DNA of 32,396 bases from Chthoniobacteraceae bacterium (GTDB lineage Bacteria; Verrucomicrobiota; Verrucomicrobiia; Chthoniobacterales; Chthoniobacteraceae), in contig JBEBGD010000064.1 in NCBI GenBank assembly GCA_040081625.1, positions 1 through 32,396 on the forward strand. The letters are read 5' to 3'. The notes under the pieces are model-generated. The model was not told where the DNA came from. It was given only the letters and a program-made list of their open reading frames with translations, and made no database searches. This document shows positions 1 to 9,361 of this stretch, piece by piece. The translations under genes and the position numbers were made by a program. The first letter of the stretch is position 1. The number at the start of each line of letters is the position of its first letter.

Positions 1-9
1 GGCAGCGCC

Positions 10-1506
10 ATGTTCGCCGTCCTCCTCCTGCCCAACTTCCGCCTCCAGGCGGCGCTCCGCTGGCGCGCTGAGTCGCCGCTCGTCGCGATCAGCGATGAAG
101 GCGTCGTCGTCGAACTGACCGACGATGCCGCAGCGCGCGGCGTCCGAGCCGGACAGCCGGATGCGCAGGCCCTCGCCCGCTGCCCGGAGCTGACGCTGCT
201 CCCCCGCGCCCTCGCCGCCGAGCGCGTCGTGCAAGGCGCGTTGCTCGAAGTGGCCGGCTCGCTTTCGCCGAGCATCGAAGCGACCGCCGACGGCTGCTGC
301 ACCGCCGACCTGCGCGGCGCGAAGATCGCCGCCTGGCCGCGCTGGTGCGAGACCGTGCTCGCCCGCTGCACCGCGCTCGAGCTGCGCGCACAAGTCGGCG
401 TCGCGCCAAATCCCGACCTCGCCTTCCTCGCCGCGCGCCGCGCCGCGCCGTCGCTCGTCGTGCAGGCGCCCGGGGTTTTCCTCGCGCAGCTCGCCGTGTC
501 GGAAATCAATCCGCCGGAGCAACTCCACGCGCTGCTCGGCGACTGGGGCATCCACACACTCGGCCAGCTCACGAGCCTGCCGCGCGGCGAACTCGCCGAC
601 CGCCTCGGTCCCGACGCCGATCGCCTGTGGCAGCGCGCCGCGGGACAGACCGGACGCCTGCTGCGGCTCGTGCGGCCGGTCGAGGAATTCGCCGAGGCGT
701 TCGACTTCGAGCACGAGATCGAGACGACCGAGCCGCTGCTCTTCATCCTGCGCCGCTTCCTCGATCAACTCACGCTGCGCCTCACCACCGCGCATCGCGT
801 CGCCGCCCGCCTCACGCTCACGCTACCGCTGGAAAACTCTCCTTCTCCTTCTTCATCTCCTTCTCCCTCCAATCGAAAAGAGAGAGATGAAGAAGGAGAA
901 GGAGAAGGAGATGAATATGTGCGCGTCTTCACCATCCCCTCGCCCACTGCGGACGCCGACGCACTATTCCGCGTGCTGCACACGCATCTCGAAACGCTGC
1001 AGCTCGTCGCGCACCCGACCGGCGTGCGGCTACTCATCGAGCCCGCGCTGCCGGAGCGACAGCAGTTCCAGCTTTTCGAGACCGCGCTGCGCGATCCAAA
1101 CCGCTTCGGCGAAACGCTCGCACGCCTCGCCGCGCTCGTCGGCGCGGAAAACGTCGGCGTCGCCGAAGTCGCCGACTCGCACCGGCCGGACGATGTGCGC
1201 GTCGTCGAGCCGCGCTTTCACGACCTGCGCGAACGCGAGGTTCTCCCGCTCGGCCTGCCGCTGCGCCGCTTTCGTCCGCCGCTGGCGGCTGAAGTGCGCG
1301 TGGTGCGGCAGGTGCCGGCGCAGGTCGATTCCACGCGCGTGCTCGATGCGCTCGGTCCGTATCGCGCGAGCGGCGGCTGGTGGGAGCGCGAGCAATGGAG
1401 CGTGGAGGAATGGGACGTGGACCTCGCCGGGCGCGGCTTGTTTCGCCTGCGGCGCGAGCCGACGCGCTGGCTCATCGAGGGCTGCTATGACGCCGGGATA
1501 CGTTGA
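10..1506 (+). CDS. imuB: ImuB-like Y-family DNA polymerase (probably catalytically inactive), mutasome accessory protein
   Basis: IMS-like N-terminus (A..RGVRAGQ...QALARCPEL), no canonical DE catalytic motif seen, C-terminal GPYRASGGWW...EEWDV...LFRL motif typical of ImuB. Overlaps the start of dnaE2. Contains a low-complexity in-frame insertion at about 835-915. Confidence 0.9.
   Translation: MFAVLLLPNFRLQAALRWRAESPLVAISDEGVVVELTDDAAARGVRAGQPDAQALARCPELTLLPRALAAERVVQGALLEVAGSLSPSIEATADGCCTADLRGAKIAAWPRWCETVLARCTALELRAQVGVAPNPDLAFLAARRAAPSLVVQAPGVFLAQLAVSEINPPEQLHALLGDWGIHTLGQLTSLPRGELADRLGPDADRLWQRAAGQTGRLLRLVRPVEEFAEAFDFEHEIETTEPLLFILRRFLDQLTLRLTTAHRVAARLTLTLPLENSPSPSSSPSPSNRKERDEEGEGEGDEYVRVFTIPSPTADADALFRVLHTHLETLQLVAHPTGVRLLIEPALPERQQFQLFETALRDPNRFGETLARLAALVGAENVGVAEVADSHRPDDVRVVEPRFHDLREREVLPLGLPLRRFRPPLAAEVRVVRQVPAQVDSTRVLDALGPYRASGGWWEREQWSVEEWDVDLAGRGLFRLRREPTRWLIEGCYDAGIR
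838..915. repeat. Purine/pyrimidine palindromic element inside imuB
   Basis: tctccttctccttcttcatctc (838-859) is the exact reverse complement of gagatgaagaaggagaaggaga (884-905). A second 15-bp pairing is 852-866 with 901-915. Confidence 0.9.
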
Positions 1507-4500
1507 ACTTCACGCCCGCAGCGCGTTCAGCTTCCTGCGCGCCGCATCGCCGCCGGAGCAGCTCGCGGAGCGCGCCGCGCAGCTCGGTTTCCCTGCGATG
1601 GCGCTGCTCGATCGCGACGGCGTGTATGGCGCGCCGCGCTTCTTCGCGCGCGGCCGCGAGCACGGGCTCCGCGCGATCACCGGCGCGGAGCTGACGCTCG
1701 ACGACGGCAGCGTGCTGCCCGTGCTCGTCGCGAGCCGCACCGGCTACCGCAACCTCTGCCAGCTCATCACGCGCGCGAAGCTGCGCGGCACGAAGCACCA
1801 CGCGCCGGTGCGCTGGGATGAACTCGCCGAGTTCGCCGAGGGACTCGTCGCACTCACCGGCGACGAGGAAGGCCCGGTCCGCCGCGCGCTCGACGATCGC
1901 CCTGCTGTGCAGCACGCAGCGGAGCGGCTCATCGCGGCATTCGGGAAAGACAACGTCTTGGTCGAAATCCAGCGCCACCTCCGTCGCGGCGAGGAGCGCG
2001 GGAACGATGCGCTGTGCGATCTCGCGGACGCGCTGCGGCTGCCATTGCTCGCGACCAATGGCGTGCTCCACGCCACGCCGGAGCAGCGGCGCGTGCTCGA
2101 TGTCTTCACGTGCGCCCGGAATCACACGCATCTCGACGCCGCGGGCCGGCTGCTCGCGCTGAACGACGAGCGTCACCTCAAGCCTGCAACACGAATGGCG
2201 CGACTTTTCGCCGATCATCCCGAAGCGGTGAGCAACACGATACGGCTCGCGGAGCGGCTCGAGTTCACGCTCGAAAATCTCGGCTACGAGTTCCCGCGCT
2301 ACCAGGGGATGCAGCGCGAGGAGATGGACGTCTTCCTCCGCAAGATGACGCTTGCCGGCGCGCGGTCGCGCTACTCGCACCTCAGCGCGCGCGTGCTCGC
2401 GCAGGTCAACCGCGAGCTGGAGCTGATCGCGAAGCTCGGCTTCAGCGGCTACTTCCTCATCGTCTGGGACATCGTGAACTTCTGCACCGCGCAGGGCATC
2501 CTCGTGCAGGGGCGCGGCTCGGCGGCGAACAGCGTCGTGTGCTATTCGCTCGGCATCACCGCGTGCGACCCGATCGCGTGCAATCTTCTGTTTGAGCGCT
2601 TCCTGAGCGAAGGACGCACGTCGTGGCCGGACATCGATCTCGACCTGCCGAGCGGCGACCGGCGCGAGCGCGTGATCCAGGAAGTGTATCAGCGCTACGG
2701 CCAGCACGGCGCGGCGATGACGGCGAACGTAATCACCTTCCGCGGTCGCAGCGCGATGCGCGAGATCGGAAAGGCGCTGAACTTTCCGCCCGACACGCTC
2801 AACCGTTTCTCGCACCTTTTCGGCAACGGCGACTTTCCGCACACGCTCGATCTCGACGCGCAGCTCCGCGAAGCGGGCATCGCGCCGGAGCATCCGCGCA
2901 CGGCGGCGGCGGTGGATTTGTATCGGCGCATCCACGGGATGCCGCGCCACCTCGGCCAGCACAGCGGCGGGATGATCATCTGCCAGGGCCAGCTCAGCTC
3001 GGTGATGCCGCTGGAGAATGCGTCGATGCCCGGCCGCGTGGTCGCGCAGTGGGACAAGGACGACTGCGAGGACCTCGGCATCATCAAGGTCGATCTGCTC
3101 GGGCTCGGCATGATGGCGGCGATGCAGGACTCGCTGGAAATGTGCGCGGCGCGCGGGCGGCCCGTGGATCTCGCGGTGATCCCGAAGGACGACGCGGCGA
3201 CTTACGATCTGCTGTGCGCGGCGGACACGGTCGGCACTTTCCAGGTCGAGAGCCGCGCGCAGATGGCGACGCTGCCGCGGATGTTGCCGCGCTGCTTTTA
3301 CGATGTGGTCGTGGAGGTCGCGATCATCCGGCCGGGGCCGATCCAGGGCGACATGCTGCATCCGTTTCTCGCGCGGCGCGCGGGCCGCGAGCCGGTGACG
3401 TTTTACGACGAGCGACTGCGGTCGGTGCTGGAGCGGACGCTCGGCGTTCCGCTGTTTCAGGAGCAGCTCTTGAAGATCGCGATGGTGATGGCGGACTTCA
3501 GCGGGAGCGAAGCCGAGGAGTTGCGGCGCGCGCTGAGCTTTCATCGCTCGCAGGAAAAGATGGAGAAGGTGTGCGTGAAGCTGCGCGCGGGGATGGAGCG
3601 CGGCGGCGCATCGCCGGAGGTGATCGACGCGGTGACGAAGGCGGTTCAGTCGTTCGCGGTGTATGGCTTTCCTGAGTCGCACGCGATCAGCTTCGCGCTC
3701 ATCGCCTACGCGAGTTGCTGGATGAAGGTGCATCGCGCGCCGGAGTTTTACGCGGGGCTGCTGAACAACCAGCCGATGGGCTTCTACTCGCCCGCGACGC
3801 TCGTCGCCGATGCGAAGCGCCACGGCGTGCGCATCCGCGCGGTGAACGTGGCGGAGAGCGAATGGCTGTGCAAGATCGGCGGCGATGGATCGCTGCGCCT
3901 CGGGCTGTGCTTCGTGCGCGGACTCACGCGGCCGGATGGCGAGCGGATCGTGAACGCACGGTCGTTCGCGAATCTCGCCGACTTCCAGCTTCGCTCCGCG
4001 CTGCCGAAGCTCGCGCAGCGCGCGCTGGCGAAGGTCGGCGCGCTCAACGGTCTGGCCGATCATCGGCGTGATGCGCAGTGGAAGGTGGAGGTCGCGCGCG
4101 AACCCGGCGATCTCTTCGCCCGCGCAGACGCGGCACGCGCGCTGCCGCTCGCGCCGATGAGCGCGACCGAGCGGACGCAGGCGGACTACGCGACCACGGG
4201 GCTGACGACGGGGCCGCACCCGATGGCGATGGTGCGCGAGCGGCTCGGCGATGTGTGGCGCGCGAGCGATCTCGACCAGGCGCGCACGGGCACGCGCGTG
4301 CGCATCGCGGGGTTGGTGATCTGCCGGCAGCGGCCGGGCACGGCGAAGGGCTTCTGCTTCGTGAGCGTCGAGGACGAGACGGGCACCGCGAATGCGATCG
4401 TGACGCCGCAACTCTTCGAGCGTTGCCGGTTGCTGATCAGCGAGGAGCCGTTTCTCGCGATCGAAGGCGTGGTGCAGAATGTGGAGCGCGTCATTCATGT

Positions 4501-4570
4501 GAAGGCGGAGCGGATCACGCCGCTGAGCTTCCCGGAGCTGAGCGTGCCGGCGTCGCATGACTTTCGTTGA
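1487..4570 (+). CDS. dnaE2: Error-prone DNA polymerase DnaE2 (ImuC)
   Basis: ATG at 1487 gives MTPGYVELHARSAFSFL (PHP start), GRGSAANS, PDIDLD, RHLGQHSGG, KVDLLGLG, OB fold QRPGTAKG and the C-terminal SHDFR motif typical of DnaE2. The ORF-track start at 887 is over-extended. Confidence 0.95.
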   Translation: MTPGYVELHARSAFSFLRAASPPEQLAERAAQLGFPAMALLDRDGVYGAPRFFARGREHGLRAITGAELTLDDGSVLPVLVASRTGYRNLCQLITRAKLRGTKHHAPVRWDELAEFAEGLVALTGDEEGPVRRALDDRPAVQHAAERLIAAFGKDNVLVEIQRHLRRGEERGNDALCDLADALRLPLLATNGVLHATPEQRRVLDVFTCARNHTHLDAAGRLLALNDERHLKPATRMARLFADHPEAVSNTIRLAERLEFTLENLGYEFPRYQGMQREEMDVFLRKMTLAGARSRYSHLSARVLAQVNRELELIAKLGFSGYFLIVWDIVNFCTAQGILVQGRGSAANSVVCYSLGITACDPIACNLLFERFLSEGRTSWPDIDLDLPSGDRRERVIQEVYQRYGQHGAAMTANVITFRGRSAMREIGKALNFPPDTLNRFSHLFGNGDFPHTLDLDAQLREAGIAPEHPRTAAAVDLYRRIHGMPRHLGQHSGGMIICQGQLSSVMPLENASMPGRVVAQWDKDDCEDLGIIKVDLLGLGMMAAMQDSLEMCAARGRPVDLAVIPKDDAATYDLLCAADTVGTFQVESRAQMATLPRMLPRCFYDVVVEVAIIRPGPIQGDMLHPFLARRAGREPVTFYDERLRSVLERTLGVPLFQEQLLKIAMVMADFSGSEAEELRRALSFHRSQEKMEKVCVKLRAGMERGGASPEVIDAVTKAVQSFAVYGFPESHAISFALIAYASCWMKVHRAPEFYAGLLNNQPMGFYSPATLVADAKRHGVRIRAVNVAESEWLCKIGGDGSLRLGLCFVRGLTRPDGERIVNARSFANLADFQLRSALPKLAQRALAKVGALNGLADHRRDAQWKVEVAREPGDLFARADAARALPLAPMSATERTQADYATTGLTTGPHPMAMVRERLGDVWRASDLDQARTGTRVRIAGLVICRQRPGTAKGFCFVSVEDETGTANAIVTPQLFERCRLLISEEPFLAIEGVVQNVERVIHVKAERITPLSFPELSVPASHDFR

Positions 4571-4601
4571 GGCTCGCGGGTTTCGGATTTAGGCAACGCG
4601 C

Positions 4602-5522
4602 GTGAACAAGCTATCGCTCGGCAAGATCGCTGTCGTCGGCGCTGGAGCCGTCGGCGGCTACTATGGCGGGATGCTCGCGCACATCGGGCACGACGTGCAT
4701 TTCCTCATGCGCTCGGATCTCGCGTCGGTGCGGGAGCGCGGGCTTACAATCCACACGGGCGAACGGACCGTGCGCGTGCCGGCGAAGGCTTGCGGCGCGC
4801 CGGAGGAAATCGGGCCGTGCGATCTCGTGCTCATCGCGCTCAAGGCGACATCGAACGCGGCGCTCGATGCGCTGCTTCCGCCGCTGCTCGGCGGGAAGAC
4901 GGCGCTGGTGACGCTGCAAAACGGGCTCGGCAATGAGGAGCATCTCGCGCAGCGCTGGGGAGCGGAGCGCGTGATGGGCGCGCTGTGTTTCGTCTGCCTG
5001 AATCGCACGGCGCCGGGCGAGGTGATGCACATCGACCACGGCACGATCTCGATCGGGGAGTTCCGCCGGCCGGCGTCGGAGCGGGTGCGGGCGCTGGTCG
5101 GGGCGTTCGTCGCCGCCGGGATCGAGGCGAAGGCCGTGGACGATCTGGTGGAGGAGCGCTGGCGGAAGCTCGTGTGGAATGTGCCGTTCAACGGGCTGGC
5201 AATCGCGGCGGGTGGCGCGACGGTCGCGGACGTGCTCGCGGACGCGGCGCTGCGGGCGGAGGCGCGGGCTTTGATGAGCGATGTGCTCGACGGCGCGCGC
5301 GCGCTGGGGCATCACATCGCGGATGAATTCGCCGACTTCCAAATCGAACGCTCGCTGAGCATGGGCGCCTACAAGCCGTCATCAATGATCGACTGGCAGG
5401 CGGGCCGCCCGGTGGAGGTCGAGGCGATCTGGGGCGAGGCGCTGCGGCAGGGACGCGCGGCGGGGGCGGCGATGCCGCGACTCGCGCTGCTCCACGCGCT
5501 GCTGCGGAGACTCACCCGATGA
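4602..5522 (+). CDS. panE: 2-dehydropantoate 2-reductase (ketopantoate reductase family)
   Basis: GAGAVGGYYG Rossmann motif, LQNGLG, WRKLVWNVPFN, SSMxxD...EVEAI. GTG start. Confidence 0.88.
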   Translation: MNKLSLGKIAVVGAGAVGGYYGGMLAHIGHDVHFLMRSDLASVRERGLTIHTGERTVRVPAKACGAPEEIGPCDLVLIALKATSNAALDALLPPLLGGKTALVTLQNGLGNEEHLAQRWGAERVMGALCFVCLNRTAPGEVMHIDHGTISIGEFRRPASERVRALVGAFVAAGIEAKAVDDLVEERWRKLVWNVPFNGLAIAAGGATVADVLADAALRAEARALMSDVLDGARALGHHIADEFADFQIERSLSMGAYKPSSMIDWQAGRPVEVEAIWGEALRQGRAAGAAMPRLALLHALLRRLTR

Positions 5523-6304
5523 GCGACTGGCGCGAGCTTCAGCCGGAATGGGGAATCGTGCTCGGCTCGGGGCTGGGCAGTTTTGTGGACGAGATCGCCG
5601 TGACCGCGAGTGTGCCGTATTCGGAGGTCGAAGGGCTGCCGCAATCGAAGGTGCCGGGGCACGCGGGGCGTTTCGTTTTCGCCGAAGTGAGCGGCACGCC
5701 GGTGCTCGTCGCCGCGGGGCGCGTGCATCTTTATGAAGGCTGGAGCGCGCAGGAGGTGACGGCTCATGTGCGATGGATGGCGGAGCGCGGCATCCGGCGG
5801 CTCGTGCTGACGAATGCGGCGGGGACGGCGAATCGCGACTTCGCGCCGGGGACGTGGATGATGCTGAACGATCACCTGAATCTGACCGGAACGTCGCCGC
5901 TGCTCGGCGGGCCGAACTTCATCGACATGAGCGAGGTTTATTCGCGGAAGCTTCGGGACCTGTTCTCGGCAGTCGCGCGAGAAGAAGGCATCACGCTGCA
6001 CGAAGGCGTCTATGCGGCGCTGCGCGGCCCGCAATACGAGACCCCGGCGGAAGTGCGGATGATTCGCACGCTCGGCGCGGATGCCGTCGGCATGAGCACG
6101 GTGCTCGAGGCGATCCAGGCGCGCGCGCTCGGGATCGAAGTCGCCGGGTTTTCGTGCCTGACAAATTGGGCGGCCGGGCTGGGCGACGAATCGCTGAGCC
6201 ACGCCGAGGTGATGCGCGAGGGGAAAAATGCCGCCGCGCAATTCCTGCGACTGCTCACCGAAACGATCGCGAAAGGGCGCTCGCAGAAATCCGATTCACG
6301 CTGA
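5519..6304 (+). CDS. punA: Purine-nucleoside phosphorylase (trimeric PNP/XapA type)
   Basis: IVLGSGLG, VPGHAG, GRVHLYEG, TNAAG, GPQYETPAE, DAVGMSTVLE, TNWAAG. ATGA overlap with panE. Confidence 0.9.
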   Translation: MSDWRELQPEWGIVLGSGLGSFVDEIAVTASVPYSEVEGLPQSKVPGHAGRFVFAEVSGTPVLVAAGRVHLYEGWSAQEVTAHVRWMAERGIRRLVLTNAAGTANRDFAPGTWMMLNDHLNLTGTSPLLGGPNFIDMSEVYSRKLRDLFSAVAREEGITLHEGVYAALRGPQYETPAEVRMIRTLGADAVGMSTVLEAIQARALGIEVAGFSCLTNWAAGLGDESLSHAEVMREGKNAAAQFLRLLTETIAKGRSQKSDSR

Positions 6305-6316
6305 GATTACCCGCGC

Positions 6317-6781
6317 ATGAAAACCGCCCTCGCCTTCCTCATCTTCTTCGGTGCGGCGATCTATTTCATCATCCGCGAGCGGGACGAGAACGCGCTCCTC
6401 AAGGACCAGGTCGCGGCGCTGACCGAGCAACTCGCCATCGCCGGGCTCTCGCCGGACGGGCAGCCATCCACGCAGGCCGGGCCGAAGCGGCTGACCTGTC
6501 CGACGTGCAACGGGAGCGGCAACTCCACGCAGCGAGGGACCAACCCGAACGGAAAACCTTACAGCCCGCAGCGTTGCCCGATTTGCCTCGGCAGCGGAAA
6601 GCGGGAATTCGATCTCCCACCCGGCGCGGAACTGTGCACGACGTGCAGGGGTATGGGCAAACGGATGACCGAACCGGGCAAGAGCGACGGATTGAGGCTT
6701 TCGACGCTCGATACCGCTGCGACCGCCACGACGTGTTCGCCCTGCCTCGGGAAGGGCTTCATTCGCCGCGGGGCGAAATGA
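6317..6781 (+). CDS. Membrane-anchored hypothetical protein with four DnaJ-type CxxCxGxG zinc-finger repeats
   Basis: Hydrophobic N-terminus, short coiled-coil-like stretch, then CPTCNGSG, CPICLGSG, CTTCRGMG, CSPCLGKG. No J-domain HPD motif. Confidence 0.75.
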   Translation: MKTALAFLIFFGAAIYFIIRERDENALLKDQVAALTEQLAIAGLSPDGQPSTQAGPKRLTCPTCNGSGNSTQRGTNPNGKPYSPQRCPICLGSGKREFDLPPGAELCTTCRGMGKRMTEPGKSDGLRLSTLDTAATATTCSPCLGKGFIRRGAK

Positions 6782-7351
6782 TCAGGCTTCCCTCGATCGC
6801 GGCTCGCGCACCTGCGTGTCGCCGGTCGTGGGGATGGTGACGAACGGTCCGCCGGCCAGCGGCGCGGCCGAGGTGAAGGCGACCTCGGGCACATCGCTCG
6901 CCTTGCCGGCGAGAGGGAAGTCCTTGCGCAGCGGATGGAAGGGATAGCCCTCCCACATGATGATGCGGCGCAGATCGGGATGGCCGTCGAACACGACGCC
7001 GAACATGTCGAACGCCTCGCGCTCGTGCCAGTCGGCGGTCGGCCAGATGTCGCTCACGGATGAAACGCTCAGCTCGTCTTCGCTCACGCGAATTTTCAGC
7101 CGCAGGTAATCGACGCGCTCGAACTGGCAGAGTTCATAGACGACCTCGAAGCGCGGCTCTTCGCCGAAATTATCCACGCCGCTGATATCGACGAGATACG
7201 TGTAGCCCAGTTCGTCTTTGCAAAAGCTGCACAACTCCTTGATCGACGCGCGCTCGACGAGCAGCGTCGTCTCGCCCCGGAAGTCGGTCTTCTTGAGGAC
7301 CGCGAACTTCTTCTCAATCGCGGAAACGTCAGCGGAAAGCTTTGAGCTCAT
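6782..7351 (-). CDS. nuoC: NADH-quinone oxidoreductase subunit C
   Basis: RFEVVYEL and WHEREAFDMFGVVFDGHPDLRRI...HPLRKDFP signature. Confidence 0.95.
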   Translation of the reverse strand: MSSKLSADVSAIEKKFAVLKKTDFRGETTLLVERASIKELCSFCKDELGYTYLVDISGVDNFGEEPRFEVVYELCQFERVDYLRLKIRVSEDELSVSSVSDIWPTADWHEREAFDMFGVVFDGHPDLRRIIMWEGYPFHPLRKDFPLAGKASDVPEVAFTSAAPLAGGPFVTIPTTGDTQVREPRSREA

Positions 7352-7354
7352 CGG

Positions 7355-7888
7355 TTAAACTCCCGCGGCGAGGGCGGCGAGGCCTTCCTTCTGCGCCATG
7401 AACGACTTCTCTCCCTCGATCTTCCGCTGGAGGCGCATGAGCCCTTCGAGGAGCGCCTCGGGGCGCGGCGGACAGCCGCTGATATAGACATCCACGGGCA
7501 GCAGCCGGTCGATGCCCTGGAGCACCGCGTAGCTGCGATACATGCCGCCGCTCGATGCACACGCGCCCATCGCGATGCACCATTTCGGCTCGGGCATCTG
7601 ATCCCAGATGCGTTTCACGGCGAGCGCCATTTTGTAAGTGACGGTGCCGGCGACGATCATCACGTCGCTCTGGCGCGGCGAAAAGCGCATCACCTCCGCG
7701 CCGAAGCGGGCGATATCGAAGCGCGAGGCGCCGGTGGCCATGAGCTCGATCGCGCAGCAGGCGAGGCCCATCGGCATCGGCCAGAGCGAGTTCTTGCGCA
7801 TCCAGTTGATCGTGGCGTCGAGCGTCGTGAAAATGACGTTGCCCTCGATCTTCGAGTCGTAGGCGGCGGGCGCGACAGTGGTGCTCAT
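7355..7888 (-). CDS. nuoB: NADH-quinone oxidoreductase subunit B
   Basis: [30 protein letters not shown] (N2 4Fe-4S ligands). Confidence 0.96.
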   Translation of the reverse strand: MSTTVAPAAYDSKIEGNVIFTTLDATINWMRKNSLWPMPMGLACCAIELMATGASRFDIARFGAEVMRFSPRQSDVMIVAGTVTYKMALAVKRIWDQMPEPKWCIAMGACASSGGMYRSYAVLQGIDRLLPVDVYISGCPPRPEALLEGLMRLQRKIEGEKSFMAQKEGLAALAAGV

Positions 7889-7975
7889 GCGGTGGCGATT
7901 CTCTTAAGGACAATCGCCGGGGCGGCAAGTCTTGATCGTGAAACTTTTCGCTCCCCGTGCTACGCCATGCGCCGA

Positions 7976-8746
7976 ATGAACCTTTTCGCCGTGCAGCCCG
8001 ACATCGCGTGGGAAGACAAAGCCGCGAACTTCCGCAACGTCCGCAAGCTGCTCGCCGCGAATCCGCCATCGCCCGGCTCACTCGTCGTGCTGCCGGAGAT
8101 GTTCGCGTCCGGCTTCTCGATGAATCTCGCCGCGACCTGCCAGCGCGATGACCGGGAAGACGAAGGCTTTCTCCGCGAACTCGCGAAGGACACGGGGGCA
8201 ACGGTGCTCGGCGGCGTGGTGAGCCCGGATGGCGCCGGACGCGGGCTGAACCAGGCGGTTGCCTTCGCGCCGGGTGGCGCGCTGCTGGCGCGTTACTCGA
8301 AGATTCATCCCTTCAGCCTCGGCGGCGAAGACGTGGGACACGCGCCGGGTGCGGAGATCGTCACGTTCAATTGGGGTGGCTTCATCGTCGCGCCGTTTGT
8401 GTGCTACGACCTGCGCTTCCCGGAGATCTTCCGCGCGGCGGCGCGGGGCGGGGCGGAGCTGTTCGTGGTCATGGCGCTGTGGCCGGCGAAGCGGCAGCAA
8501 CACTGGCTCACGCTGCTCCAGGCGCGGGCGATCGAGAATCAGGCCTTCGTCGTCGGCGTGAACCGGGTGGGCACCGATCCGCAATTCACCTACCCGGGGC
8601 GAAGCGTCGTCGTCGATCCGCACGGCGTGATCGTCGCCGATGCGGGCGAGCAGGAGCGCGTGCTGGCGGCGGCGCTCGATCCGCAGATGGTCCGCGACTG
8701 GCGACGCGATTTTCCGGCGCTGCGCGACGCGCATTGGACGGGCTAG
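7976..8746 (+). CDS. Carbon-nitrogen hydrolase (nitrilase/omega-amidase family)
   Basis: E-K-C triad in LPEMF, YSKIH and VCYDLRFPE, plus ARAIENQ. Start likely ATG 7976 (or 7967), not 7892. Confidence 0.9.
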   Translation: MNLFAVQPDIAWEDKAANFRNVRKLLAANPPSPGSLVVLPEMFASGFSMNLAATCQRDDREDEGFLRELAKDTGATVLGGVVSPDGAGRGLNQAVAFAPGGALLARYSKIHPFSLGGEDVGHAPGAEIVTFNWGGFIVAPFVCYDLRFPEIFRAAARGGAELFVVMALWPAKRQQHWLTLLQARAIENQAFVVGVNRVGTDPQFTYPGRSVVVDPHGVIVADAGEQERVLAAALDPQMVRDWRRDFPALRDAHWTG

Positions 8747-8860
8747 GGCCGGATGGCGGGGCGCGAGGATTTTCGAGAGAACATCGGCCAGCCAGAAAGC
8801 TTGCCCTTTTGCCCCACTCAAGGGCGGGCACGGGCCATCCACGGCAGCTTCAGGCCGTCG

Positions 8861-9361
8861 CTACGGAACCCATCCGGGCAATTCCGATGCCTGCCTGATC
8901 CACCTCGCCACGAGCTTCTCGTCGAACTGCTCGTCCTCGTGGATGTGGAGGTAGCGCACTTCCTTGTGCTTGGACTCGCCGGGGGGCACAGGACGAAGCG
9001 ACGTGCCGCGGAAGAATGCCACCTTGACGTAGTTCGTGAGGCAATGGAAGCCGAGGAACCACCCCTGCCCATCGATGCCATAGAAGGGCGTGTTCCATTT
9101 CACGGCCTTGCACACGCCGGGGACAGTGCGCCCGATGAGCGCGTCGAGGCGGCGACCGATGTCTCGTTTCCAGCCCGGCATGGCCGCGATATAGGCCTGC
9201 ACGGGGGCGTCGCCGTCGGCCTTCGCGATCTGAGGGTTGCCGCCTGCGAGGAGGGCCGGCTTCGCGGCCAACAAGGGATCCTTGATCTTCGTTGCGGTGG
9301 ATCGCCCGGCTTTGCCGGTCGAGCCCGCGGGTTTGGCCGCGGCGGGTTTCTTGGGATTCAT
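8861..9361 (-). CDS. DUF1801 (YdhG-like) domain protein with a K/A/P-rich N-terminal extension
   Basis: LLAGGNPQIAKADGDAPVQAYIAAMPGWK and KAVKWNTPFYG...YVKVAFFRG match my recollection of DUF1801 proteins. Confidence 0.8.
   Translation of the reverse strand: MNPKKPAAAKPAGSTGKAGRSTATKIKDPLLAAKPALLAGGNPQIAKADGDAPVQAYIAAMPGWKRDIGRRLDALIGRTVPGVCKAVKWNTPFYGIDGQGWFLGFHCLTNYVKVAFFRGTSLRPVPPGESKHKEVRYLHIHEDEQFDEKLVARWIRQASELPGWVP

Noticed and set aside
1..9. imuA and an SOS (LexA) box for the mutagenesis cassette
   Set aside because: They would lie upstream of the window and are not visible here.
887..1486. 200-codon N-terminal extension of DnaE2, or a possible ImuB-DnaE2 frameshift fusion
   Set aside because: The ATG comes from the palindromic insert, the extension reads as off-frame Arg/Ser/Ala-rich sequence over imuB, and DnaE2 homology starts at 1487.
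1472..4558. 1028-aa antisense ORF and similar long ones (9707-11212, 14671-16053, 16705-18195, 25879-27678, 28779-30155)
   Set aside because: Shadow ORFs opposite well-supported genes in GC-rich DNA, with no recognisable motifs.
8747..8848. ggatggc...gccatcc inverted repeat after the nitrilase stop (CTAG)
   Set aside because: Only 7 bp of perfect complementarity in GC-rich DNA, too weak to call an element.
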